From: Candidatus Fimenecus sp.
GTDB lineage: Bacteria; Bacillota; Clostridia; Oscillospirales; Acutalibacteraceae
Direction of reading: 5' to 3'
Assembly (NCBI GenBank): GCA_045577555.1
Contig: JAZNIQ010000272.1
Span: 356 to 64,355 of the forward strand
DNA length: 64,000 nucleotides
The first letter of the stretch is position 1, and each line of letters opens with the position of its first letter. Positions 8,173 through 17,272 of this stretch are shown here, piece by piece. Made by a program: the position numbers and the translations under genes. The notes below the pieces were generated by a model. The model searched no databases and was not told where the DNA came from. It saw nothing but the letters and a program-made list of their open reading frames with translations.

Positions 8173-10683
8173 ATGTCTGAACGTAAAATGTGGGATAAAT
8201 ACGAGGCTGCAGTATTACTTGAAGCAGTATTAAATATTGAAAACAACATAGAAAGCAGGAACGATGCCGTCGAAAGAGTATCCAAACAACTTCGTTCCAT
8301 GGCGCAAAATCGGGGTTTGACTATTGATGACACCTATAGAAATACCAATGGTATCTCTATGCAAATGGTGGCGATGAAAGCGACTGCTTTTGATATTGAA
8401 TGCAAAATGAAGTCACATTCAAAAGTTTTTTGCGAAGTTGTCGCACTATACCATACCAACCAAGCTGAATACAATATCATTTTAAATCAGGCACACGGTT
8501 GGATTGATTACAGCGAGGAGAAACAGCATATGATGCACGAAGATAGCCCTACAATTTGCTCAAACCGAGATGCATTTTCTTCTTGGCTTCAAACCAAACA
8601 AATAAAAAAACCGGCTCCAAATCTTATTATAGCAGCTATCGATGAAGTATCGGAATATGCAACTAAGCACAACGTGTCAAAAGTTTCTGTTTGGGATATT
8701 CCAGATGAGGATAAGTTCAATACTTTTAGAACAAAAATGCAAGCAATGAGATTGTTTCGTTTGTCGCATAAAAATTCAGCGAAAATATTTGATATATCTT
8801 GGAAGTATTATGTTGATTTTTTGAAAGATAAAAAAGAAGACGGAATAAATGCTTCACAACGAAATGAACTCAAAAACTATGACTATTCTCCTTCGACAAA
8901 GCTCAGTTTTACAAAACCTGAACTGGTAATGTATTTTGGTGCAATAGATAGTAATGTTGCAAGCTGGAGAGATGTGTATAGGTCTGTGTTAAATTCTTTG
9001 TGTGAGGACTACCCATATCAAATTGGTGAACTGGCAAGAAATACCGAGTGTACATGGCTATCATTTAATGACAAAGATTTGCGAAGTCCGGTATTGGTTC
9101 GCAATGGCATGTATGCAGAAGGAAATAAAAGCGCAACAGAGATAGTTAGAACCATAAGATTATTATTGGATATATGTAAAGTCGATTATGAGAACGTTGT
9201 CATACGATATTTGGAAGGCAAAGATGGGCACGTCGCTGAATCTGTTGTAGCAACACATTCTGTGGAAGAAAACACTCTTACAGAATTGTCGGAAGTAGAT
9301 AAACGCCTCTACGAGGTAATTGAGAACCGGTACGTTTCCGGATTCTTACCAGGAGCAATTAATTTTAAGAAAATCAAGCGATTTTATGAAGAAATGTATT
9401 CTCAATCTTTAGAAATTGATGGAGAATCAATTGAAGAATCACTTAACAAAACCTGTTTGCAAGTAAACGGCAAATATTATGCGCCGTCGGCTTTGATGGA
9501 ATATGGATTAAAAATCCGAGCAAACGATTATATTGAGACTGCAATGCAAAGCAAGGGATATGTCTTTTTTGATAATATCCTGGATCATTTTGGTTATGAA
9601 ATGACAGAAAAAATCCCAGATGTTGTATTGTTGAAAAAATATTTGGAAAAAGAATATCCTCAGTATGCTGCTTTAGACGGATATCTTGCTATGAATGCAA
9701 CCGTTGTTATTGATGCTGCTAAGGAAGTTGAACAAATTTTATTTGAATCTGTATTTCCTATGTCTGTTGATAAAATTAAGGCATTGTTACCTCATTTGAC
9801 CGAAGGGGCTATTCAAAGGGTTATTTGGTCTGATGATAGAATTATTGTCACAAACAATAACGACAGATTCTTGATTGATTCCATGGGTATAACTGAAGAA
9901 GATCTTGAGTCAATCAAAAATCTTATCAACGAGGCACTTAATATTCACAACTGCATGTTTGGAAATGAATTGTTGACAAGGATACAAACCAAAATGCCTG
10001 GTTTGTATGAAAGCATTAGAGACTTTGGCGATAGAGGAATTCGTGGAGCTATAGCATATAAGCTTAAAGATAAATTTAAGTTTAATGCAAACATCATTTG
10101 CAAAAAAGAGACAAATATCGATAATGCTGAAGTTTTTAGATCTTTTGCAAAAAGCGAACGTTATTTTACGCTGTCTGCTCTAATCAATTTAAAAGAGCAA
10201 ATAGGAGTAGGTAATGTTTATTTTGAGGCGATCAATGAGGTTTCTTCACGCATTAATGATAATGATTATGTTCCCAATGAAGCGTTACAGTTTGATTCGG
10301 CAGCTATAGATGCTGTTCTTAATCAAATAGTAATTGGGAATATGTGTTCATTAAAAGAAGCGAGCAATTTTGCAATATATCCAAGCACATGTTATCCGTG
10401 GACAGAATATTTGCTTGAAAGTTATGTGGCTAAATATAGTGATGAGTTTAAGCTGTGCCATGGTGGATATGCTGAAGGAAAATGCTGCGGTGCTGTAGTA
10501 AAAAAAACCGTTTCATTGAATTCTATCGATGATGTGGTTACTGAATATCTTGTGCTTAACAGAGAAATTCAAACCGCAAAAGAGGCATTAGAACGTTTGG
10601 TTGAAGACGGTTTCATTGCTAGAAAACGGTACAAAAACATTGAAGATTTACTTATTATTGCCAAGGCCAGAAGAAAGGATTAA
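8173..10683 (+). CDS. Large uncharacterised protein, first big gene of the BREX-like operon
   Basis: 836 aa. It starts 19 nt after the HTH gene and ends 5 nt before brxP. I could find no Walker, methyltransferase (NPPY/DPPY), nuclease or helicase motif. Confidence 0.6.
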   Translation: MSERKMWDKYEAAVLLEAVLNIENNIESRNDAVERVSKQLRSMAQNRGLTIDDTYRNTNGISMQMVAMKATAFDIECKMKSHSKVFCEVVALYHTNQAEYNIILNQAHGWIDYSEEKQHMMHEDSPTICSNRDAFSSWLQTKQIKKPAPNLIIAAIDEVSEYATKHNVSKVSVWDIPDEDKFNTFRTKMQAMRLFRLSHKNSAKIFDISWKYYVDFLKDKKEDGINASQRNELKNYDYSPSTKLSFTKPELVMYFGAIDSNVASWRDVYRSVLNSLCEDYPYQIGELARNTECTWLSFNDKDLRSPVLVRNGMYAEGNKSATEIVRTIRLLLDICKVDYENVVIRYLEGKDGHVAESVVATHSVEENTLTELSEVDKRLYEVIENRYVSGFLPGAINFKKIKRFYEEMYSQSLEIDGESIEESLNKTCLQVNGKYYAPSALMEYGLKIRANDYIETAMQSKGYVFFDNILDHFGYEMTEKIPDVVLLKKYLEKEYPQYAALDGYLAMNATVVIDAAKEVEQILFESVFPMSVDKIKALLPHLTEGAIQRVIWSDDRIIVTNNNDRFLIDSMGITEEDLESIKNLINEALNIHNCMFGNELLTRIQTKMPGLYESIRDFGDRGIRGAIAYKLKDKFKFNANIICKKETNIDNAEVFRSFAKSERYFTLSALINLKEQIGVGNVYFEAINEVSSRINDNDYVPNEALQFDSAAIDAVLNQIVIGNMCSLKEASNFAIYPSTCYPWTEYLLESYVAKYSDEFKLCHGGYAEGKCCGAVVKKTVSLNSIDDVVTEYLVLNREIQTAKEALERLVEDGFIARKRYKNIEDLLIIAKARRKD

Positions 10684-10688
10684 TACCG

Positions 10689-13013
10689 ATGTATTCATAT
10701 GAATGGGATTCACAAACAGGCGGCTATATATTGAATGCCACACCGCTGGCATTCAGCAAAGAGCCACGCCCTGTTTACTATAAAGAATTAGATATTTTAG
10801 GATTTGATGCTAAATGGAATTATCCTAAGTCGGATGCTTATCCACTAATGTGGGCGGAGGCAAATAACTATTTTTACAGGGGAAGACTTGTTGCAAAAAC
10901 AAGAGGTGGCTCTATATGTCAGGCGCCTGAATTGATTTTTGTTGAAGATCCGGAGCCTAACGGTGAAGAATTACGCTTTGTAGATATTCCTGCTATGATA
11001 GAAAAAAACTTAGGAATAATTGAAAGTTTGACTCAAGAAACAATAAAGAAAATATATAACACTTATATCGATTATCAAAAGAAAGTAGACATATTTTATG
11101 TTGCCTTCTCTGGCGGTAAAGATAGCGTAGTAACTTTAGATTTGGTTCAAAGAGCCCTTCCTCATAATGCTTTTAAAGTTTTATTTGGCGATACAAAAAT
11201 GGAATTTCCAGATACATATAAATTGGTAGAAGAAATCCAAAGAACATGTGCGGAACAAAATATTGACTTTATTCGCGCAACTTCCCATTTTGAGCCACAA
11301 GAAAGTTGGAGAAAGTTCGGCCCTCCTGCACAGACCATTCGATGGTGTTGCAGTGTGCATAAGACATCTCCCCAGATCATTTTGCTAAGGGAGTTGCTTG
11401 GCAAGATAAACTTCACCGGGATGGCGTTTATTGGCGTTAGGGCAAGCGAAAGTGTAAGCAGAAATGATTATGATTTCGTGAGTTTAGGCGAAAAACATAA
11501 GGGACAGTATAGTTGTAATCCTATATTGGAATGGAATAGTGCAGAATTGTTTCTATATATTTATGCAAACAATCTTCCCATCAATGATTGTTATAAAAAA
11601 GGTAACAACAGAGCAGGTTGCTTGGTGTGCCCAAACGTTTCAGAAAAAAATGCCTTTTTCCGTAAGGCTTGCTATAAAAACGAAGTGGATAATTACCTAG
11701 ATATTATTAAAGACTTGTACAAAGATAGCATCGGTTCTAAGGAAAAGCTTGATGAATTTTTAAGTAATACCGGTTGGCGTGCACGATTGAATGGAAGAGA
11801 TATCTCTTTGAATAGCAATTATAACGAAATAGTAAGTTCCTCAAAGACGGAAATTACAGTAATTCATCCCAAAACAAATTGGCGTGAATGGATTAAAACT
11901 ATCGGCGTTTTGCAAAATGATCATTCGCCATATCAAATTCTTTTCAGAGGAGAATTACTACACTTTGCTTTGATTGAACAGGATGACATTATTAAAGTTG
12001 AGATTAGTGGTAGTTTATGTAAGCAAAAACCTATTTTTGTAAAGCTATTAAAGAATGTTTTCAGAAAAACAGCAAATTGTGTTGGGTGTAGAGAATGTGA
12101 AGCAGATTGCCATAACGGTTGTTTGAAAATTATTGACGGAGCAGTTATGATAAGCGATAGGTGCAAGCATTGTTCTGAATGCCACAAAGTTGATAATGGT
12201 TGTCTGGTTTATAAATCATTGGCAATGCCTAAAGGAGGAATGGGAATGGGACAAAAAAGTTTGAATTGCTATTCAACTCACGCTCCTAAATTGGATTGGA
12301 TAGCGCAGTATTTCAAATATAAGAACGAATTTGATTATAATCACGATCTTGGATCTCAAATGTATAGTTTCTTCAAGCGTTTTTTGAAGGATGCAGATTT
12401 GATAGATGAAAAAGGCTTTAGTAGAACTGCTAAGATTATCGAAAGAATTGGGTTGGATGATTTGTCGGCTTGGGGCTTGATCTTGTCAAATTTGGCATAC
12501 ACACCTCAAATTGGTTGGTTTGTCAAATCTTTTGGATTCAATGAGAATATTAGTAGAAGTTATGCTACTACATTGTTAGTTGACTGCGGTACACAGGAAA
12601 GAGCCGCTAATGATATATGGAGATCTTACTCACGTTTTATTGATCTGCCTTTTTCTCAAGTAGGACTTGGTATGCCCGATAGAGATTCTGGAAAAGCATC
12701 AGGTTTTACAAGAATCCCATGGTTGAATCCAGATCCCAAAGTGGTTCTTTATGCGCTGTATAAATTTTCTGAAGCGTGTGGCGATTATAAGCAGTTTTCG
12801 TTGACTCGCCTTTTGAACCATGAGATTGAAAGTGATGGCATTAGCCCGACACAAATCTTCGGCTTGGATAGAAAAACGATGGAAAGAGTTTTAAGTGGAC
12901 TTGCTAACAACTATCCTGAATTTATTTCTGTATCGTTTGTGTTAGATCTAGACAATATTAACTTGAAAGAAAAGACATCTGCAGATGTCTTGGCTTTATT
13001 CGAAGAGGAGTAA
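10689..13013 (+). CDS. brxP: PAPS-reductase/PP-loop ATP-pyrophosphatase family protein, BrxP-like (DndC/SspD-related), with a ferredoxin-like dicluster segment
   Basis: 774 aa. PP-loop FYVAFSGGKDSVVTLDLV and RWCCSVHK. Cys clusters CVGCRECEADC (Cx2Cx2Cx3C) and CKHCSECHKVDNGC. About 260 aa of unassigned C-terminal domain. Confidence 0.75.
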   Translation: MYSYEWDSQTGGYILNATPLAFSKEPRPVYYKELDILGFDAKWNYPKSDAYPLMWAEANNYFYRGRLVAKTRGGSICQAPELIFVEDPEPNGEELRFVDIPAMIEKNLGIIESLTQETIKKIYNTYIDYQKKVDIFYVAFSGGKDSVVTLDLVQRALPHNAFKVLFGDTKMEFPDTYKLVEEIQRTCAEQNIDFIRATSHFEPQESWRKFGPPAQTIRWCCSVHKTSPQIILLRELLGKINFTGMAFIGVRASESVSRNDYDFVSLGEKHKGQYSCNPILEWNSAELFLYIYANNLPINDCYKKGNNRAGCLVCPNVSEKNAFFRKACYKNEVDNYLDIIKDLYKDSIGSKEKLDEFLSNTGWRARLNGRDISLNSNYNEIVSSSKTEITVIHPKTNWREWIKTIGVLQNDHSPYQILFRGELLHFALIEQDDIIKVEISGSLCKQKPIFVKLLKNVFRKTANCVGCRECEADCHNGCLKIIDGAVMISDRCKHCSECHKVDNGCLVYKSLAMPKGGMGMGQKSLNCYSTHAPKLDWIAQYFKYKNEFDYNHDLGSQMYSFFKRFLKDADLIDEKGFSRTAKIIERIGLDDLSAWGLILSNLAYTPQIGWFVKSFGFNENISRSYATTLLVDCGTQERAANDIWRSYSRFIDLPFSQVGLGMPDRDSGKASGFTRIPWLNPDPKVVLYALYKFSEACGDYKQFSLTRLLNHEIESDGISPTQIFGLDRKTMERVLSGLANNYPEFISVSFVLDLDNINLKEKTSADVLALFEEE

Positions 13014-13019
13014 TTTGAT

Positions 13020-16000
13020 ATGAATAAATATGGCTATTATTTTGATATTGACGAAGAATTTTTCTCTGCCGTCAATCGAGAATTAATTGAAGAAGGAAAA
13101 GTTGATTGGCACAAGTTTTTCCCTCATGAGACTTTCGTAAAGTTGATTAAAGATACTGTAAGTGTTTTGACAAAGCAGCATCTTTCTATCTGGGTAGAAG
13201 GTGGTTATGGTACAGGTAAGTCTTATGCAGCCCTGACATTGAAAAAGCTTCTCGAAGCCAGCGAAGAAGAAACAAAGGCGTATTTTCAGAGATATAGTTT
13301 GGATAATGATCTGTTAAACAAGTTCTTAGGAGCAAAATCTCAGGGTCAGAAGATTGTCACAGTTCATCGTTATGGAGCGCAATCCATCTTGAATGAACAG
13401 GATCTTGTGCTTGCAATTCAGGAAAGCATAAAAGAATCTTTGATTCAAAATAATGTTGAGTATTTGGGCGAAACTTCTTTGAAGGATTCTGTTATTAAAT
13501 GGCTTTCCAACACTTCGAACAAAAATTATTTTAATAGTATAATCAAGGACGAATTTCCTACGGAATTTGGTGGTGATGATGTAGATCGTATCATCGAAAA
13601 GCTGAAATCGTATGATAAAGACAAACTCATCGTCTTGATGAACAAAATTTTCAAGGTCGCCAAGATCAAAGGAATCCATGCTATGACTCTCGATAAGGAA
13701 GCTATGGTTGTATGGATTAAAGATATAATCAAGATAAATAATCTTAAAGCAATCGTATTCATTTGGGATGAGTTTACGAAATACTTTGAAAACAACATGA
13801 GTGATTTGACTACATTCCAAAAACTTGCAGAATTGAGCGAAACGGCTCCGTTTTATCTGGTAATTGTAACTCATAAGTCGGAAGGTATTTTTGCGGAAAA
13901 CGATAATGACAAAAAGTTGCTCGGAAGATTTGTCAACCCTACATGTCTTATAGAGTTGCCCGATACTATGGCTTTTAGGCTTATGGCTGAAGCCATGGAG
14001 AAGGTAAAAGAACCCTCGATCAACGAAGAGTGGGAAGAAATGGTGGGAGATCTGTTTAACAGAACCAATACTTCCAGAGAACTTGTTTTAAAGCAGCTTC
14101 AGAAGAAAGATCCGAAGTTTACTATGAATGATATGGCAAGAATATTGCCTATGCATCCTTATGCCGCACTGCTTTTAAAGCACTTATCTGCTCAGTTTGC
14201 TTCAAACCAAAGAAGTATGTTTGACTTTATCAAAAATGATAAGGGCGAGGAAATTCATGGCTTCCAGTGGTATATCAAGAATTATGGCCCTGAAGACGAC
14301 GAGCCGTTATTTACAATTGATATGCTGTGGAATTTCTTCTATGAAAATGGAAAAGATCAGTTGTCGAGCGATGTTAGAACAATTCTGAATCATTACAATA
14401 ATTCTCATCCCGGAGATTTGATGGAGCCTCAGAGAAGAGTTCTGAAAACCGTTCTTCTCATGACAGCAATATCGCAGTCCTTGGGCGATAGCGTTGATTT
14501 GTTTATCCCTACAGATACAAACATTGCCAATGCATTTGAGGGAATTGAAAATTTGGAAGGTGCACAAGCAATTAATGCGGCTCGTTCTTTAGTGGATCTT
14601 CACGTTCTTTATAGAAAGAAGCTCAAAGATAACAAAGAATGCTTTGCTCCTTTGATGGCGGCTGTAGATACCAGTAAAAAGGCTGAGTACGAGGGACAAA
14701 TTGACCAGTATACCACGACAAAATTGGTTGATGATGCTGGATTTAATAGCGACGATAATATTAAAAATCCTACAGGTAAATTGCTTTTTACTTCTCCTAT
14801 TGCCAATCGCTTCAAAATTGTGTTGGTGGGTCAAGATGCGTTTGGTCAGAGAGTGCGCTTGATACGCAACAATCCTATTCCTGGGAAGATTCCAGTTGTT
14901 ATTGGATTCGCCAAGAATGATACTGAATGTGCGTTGCTGAGTAAACTTGTTAAGGAATACATAGGTAATCCTGAATATGATGAGTGTAATATTATCTATG
15001 TGATAGCAAAGACTCCTCTTGGTGCAGATTTGTATGCAAGATATAAGGACAATCTATCAGATAGCATGACATTTGCAGGAAATGACAAGGGCAGTGAGGC
15101 AGAGAGAAGAAAAGAAGCACTCAAGATATTGAATTTGGAGTGGGGTAATAGGCTCGAATCGGGTGCCTATGACGTTTCTTGGAAAAAGAACAATGGAGAA
15201 TATTGCAATGAATACATTCCAGATTTCAGTAGCTTAAAAGATTACTTGTTGCATACAGTTGACAGAGATTTTTACCCTTGCGGATTTGAGTGGAGATTCG
15301 CTCTTGCAGCTAATATGTATAAGTCTTCGCTTCAAGCAAAGCAAGGTGTAAAAAGCGCGGTTAATGGTTCTTGCGAGGGAACCTTCAACAATCCCAATAA
15401 ACTGTTGAAAACCGAACAGGTTGCTGAGAGTGCTTGGGGAACTTCACATCTGGATCGATACTGGGAAACCAATCCCGGATTGGCAATCAGTATGCTGAAG
15501 AGTGCTATTGAGAAGAAAATCAACGCTGATTTTGCATCTGAAGGAAGAGTGTCGATAAGCAGCATCTATGACATTGCTAAATCGAAGCCTTTTGGATTGA
15601 TGCCGTGTAATATTACAGCGTTTATTCTTGGTTTTGTTCTCAGAGAATACACATCTGATCAATATCGCTATACAGATGATCAAACTTCCGATGTTATGAA
15701 TGTTGTACATCTGCAAGTGATGATTGATGAAATCATTAAAATCCAAGAAACGCCGGACAAGCGATACAGAGATAAGTACATTGTTACAATGACTCCCGCT
15801 GAAAGAGAATTCCAAAATGTTGTTTCAAACGTTTTTGGAATCCCAGCGGAGTTGTGCACTTCAATTCAAAATACACGTGACAGAGTGAGAAATAAGATGA
15901 AAGAATTATCTTTCCCCATGTGGACTCTGAAGTGTATAACAGAGGAATTGAATATTGTAAGCGAAAAATCGGTAATTGACACTGCTATTGAATTGTTTGT

Positions 16001-17270
16001 GGAATTAGCGAACAGCGGTAACGTTAGTGAAGTTGATATCGCAAATAATATTGGCAAGCTATCGTTATCTGAAAAGTCTCTTGTTGGAGATTTGAAAAGC
16101 ATTGTAACAAAAGAAAATTGTCGTAACGGAATGGCGAAATATCTTGTCGAGTATAAAAACGGGGAACTTATAACCTTGGCTCAGAAAATCCAGGATGGCG
16201 GACAGTATTTGAATGTTGTTGCAAGCAAATTTACTGATGCTGATGCGGCAAATTGGGTCTGGAACCAGGGTACTGCAAATCAAAGAATTGATGAAGTGAT
16301 TATTGAGTATTCCATTATAGATGAAACTAATTCTTTGTTGAATGTTAATAACTTCAATCTTAAAGGAACTCTTGAATCCTGGAAAAACCAATGCAATCTT
16401 ATTCGCATTTCTTTTGAATCTATGAAGGAAAAAATCGGTGCTTTAACTCAATTTATGTCCTTGTTGAAAGAATTGAAGTCTATTGGTCAGTTGCTTCCTT
16501 CCAAAGAAAAAGAATTCTATACTCAATTGAGCGTGAATAGAGCCGAGTTTAAGAGCTTTTTTGAGAACCAAAAGACTATTTTCAAAGAGGTTTGTGCGTT
16601 TTCTCTTGAAGGCATAGACTCCGAAGGCATTGACGATATTTTTAAGCAAATAGCTCACGCCTTCACAATGTCCAAAGGGGATTATACAACGCTAATTGAT
16701 AACCTTGTTCAGGAGTATAAGAAAAATCAAAAGAAAGAGCAACTGAAAAAAATTTGGCTTGATAAAACAGGAACAGAATCTCCGCGAGCTTGGTCGGAAC
16801 AGCACAAAACTCCTATTCTTGCAGTGATTCCCAATGCTGAACTTGCAAAGGCAAAAAAAGCATTTGCATGTTTTGTAAACTCCGCTTTGTCAGATGCGGA
16901 AGTATCGGATGCTATCACTTATCTTACAAATGCAAAATTCTTTGACGTTTTAGCAAATGACAAGCTTGTAGATGAGGCATTCAAAAACGGAATTCTTAAA
17001 GAATATGCCACCATTTTGACCGACTATAATGCGATTAGAAATTATTTGTTAAAATATTTCTTTGATGTTTATGATTGGTTTGGAAACAATATGGTGGACG
17101 AGCGAATCAAAGCATACGCAGAACATGAATATAGTGTTTCCCAAAACAGCAAGGTTGTTGAAATAATCAAGAGCATGGATGATGCCGAATTGAAAAAATA
17201 TCTTGTTGATTTGGCTCAAGATAATGTTTTATTAGGAATACAAATACTTAAAAGTAAGGGTAGTAAATAA
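13020..17270 (+). CDS. brxC: Giant P-loop ATPase, BrxC/PglY-like
   Basis: 1416 aa. Walker A WVEGGYGTGKSYAAL and Walker B-like AIVFIWDEF. Its position between brxP and pglZ matches the BREX type 4 gene order. Confidence 0.65.
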   Translation: MNKYGYYFDIDEEFFSAVNRELIEEGKVDWHKFFPHETFVKLIKDTVSVLTKQHLSIWVEGGYGTGKSYAALTLKKLLEASEEETKAYFQRYSLDNDLLNKFLGAKSQGQKIVTVHRYGAQSILNEQDLVLAIQESIKESLIQNNVEYLGETSLKDSVIKWLSNTSNKNYFNSIIKDEFPTEFGGDDVDRIIEKLKSYDKDKLIVLMNKIFKVAKIKGIHAMTLDKEAMVVWIKDIIKINNLKAIVFIWDEFTKYFENNMSDLTTFQKLAELSETAPFYLVIVTHKSEGIFAENDNDKKLLGRFVNPTCLIELPDTMAFRLMAEAMEKVKEPSINEEWEEMVGDLFNRTNTSRELVLKQLQKKDPKFTMNDMARILPMHPYAALLLKHLSAQFASNQRSMFDFIKNDKGEEIHGFQWYIKNYGPEDDEPLFTIDMLWNFFYENGKDQLSSDVRTILNHYNNSHPGDLMEPQRRVLKTVLLMTAISQSLGDSVDLFIPTDTNIANAFEGIENLEGAQAINAARSLVDLHVLYRKKLKDNKECFAPLMAAVDTSKKAEYEGQIDQYTTTKLVDDAGFNSDDNIKNPTGKLLFTSPIANRFKIVLVGQDAFGQRVRLIRNNPIPGKIPVVIGFAKNDTECALLSKLVKEYIGNPEYDECNIIYVIAKTPLGADLYARYKDNLSDSMTFAGNDKGSEAERRKEALKILNLEWGNRLESGAYDVSWKKNNGEYCNEYIPDFSSLKDYLLHTVDRDFYPCGFEWRFALAANMYKSSLQAKQGVKSAVNGSCEGTFNNPNKLLKTEQVAESAWGTSHLDRYWETNPGLAISMLKSAIEKKINADFASEGRVSISSIYDIAKSKPFGLMPCNITAFILGFVLREYTSDQYRYTDDQTSDVMNVVHLQVMIDEIIKIQETPDKRYRDKYIVTMTPAEREFQNVVSNVFGIPAELCTSIQNTRDRVRNKMKELSFPMWTLKCITEELNIVSEKSVIDTAIELFVELANSGNVSEVDIANNIGKLSLSEKSLVGDLKSIVTKENCRNGMAKYLVEYKNGELITLAQKIQDGGQYLNVVASKFTDADAANWVWNQGTANQRIDEVIIEYSIIDETNSLLNVNNFNLKGTLESWKNQCNLIRISFESMKEKIGALTQFMSLLKELKSIGQLLPSKEKEFYTQLSVNRAEFKSFFENQKTIFKEVCAFSLEGIDSEGIDDIFKQIAHAFTMSKGDYTTLIDNLVQEYKKNQKKEQLKKIWLDKTGTESPRAWSEQHKTPILAVIPNAELAKAKKAFACFVNSALSDAEVSDAITYLTNAKFFDVLANDKLVDEAFKNGILKEYATILTDYNAIRNYLLKYFFDVYDWFGNNMVDERIKAYAEHEYSVSQNSKVVEIIKSMDDAELKKYLVDLAQDNVLLGIQILKSKGSK

Positions 17271-17272
17271 TT

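Noticed and set aside
8173-10683. The 836 aa protein as a PglX-type methyltransferase, which would make the locus BREX type 1-like
   Set aside because: No NPPY/DPPY or FxGxG SAM-binding motif is visible. The presence of brxP fits a methylase-less type 4 layout.
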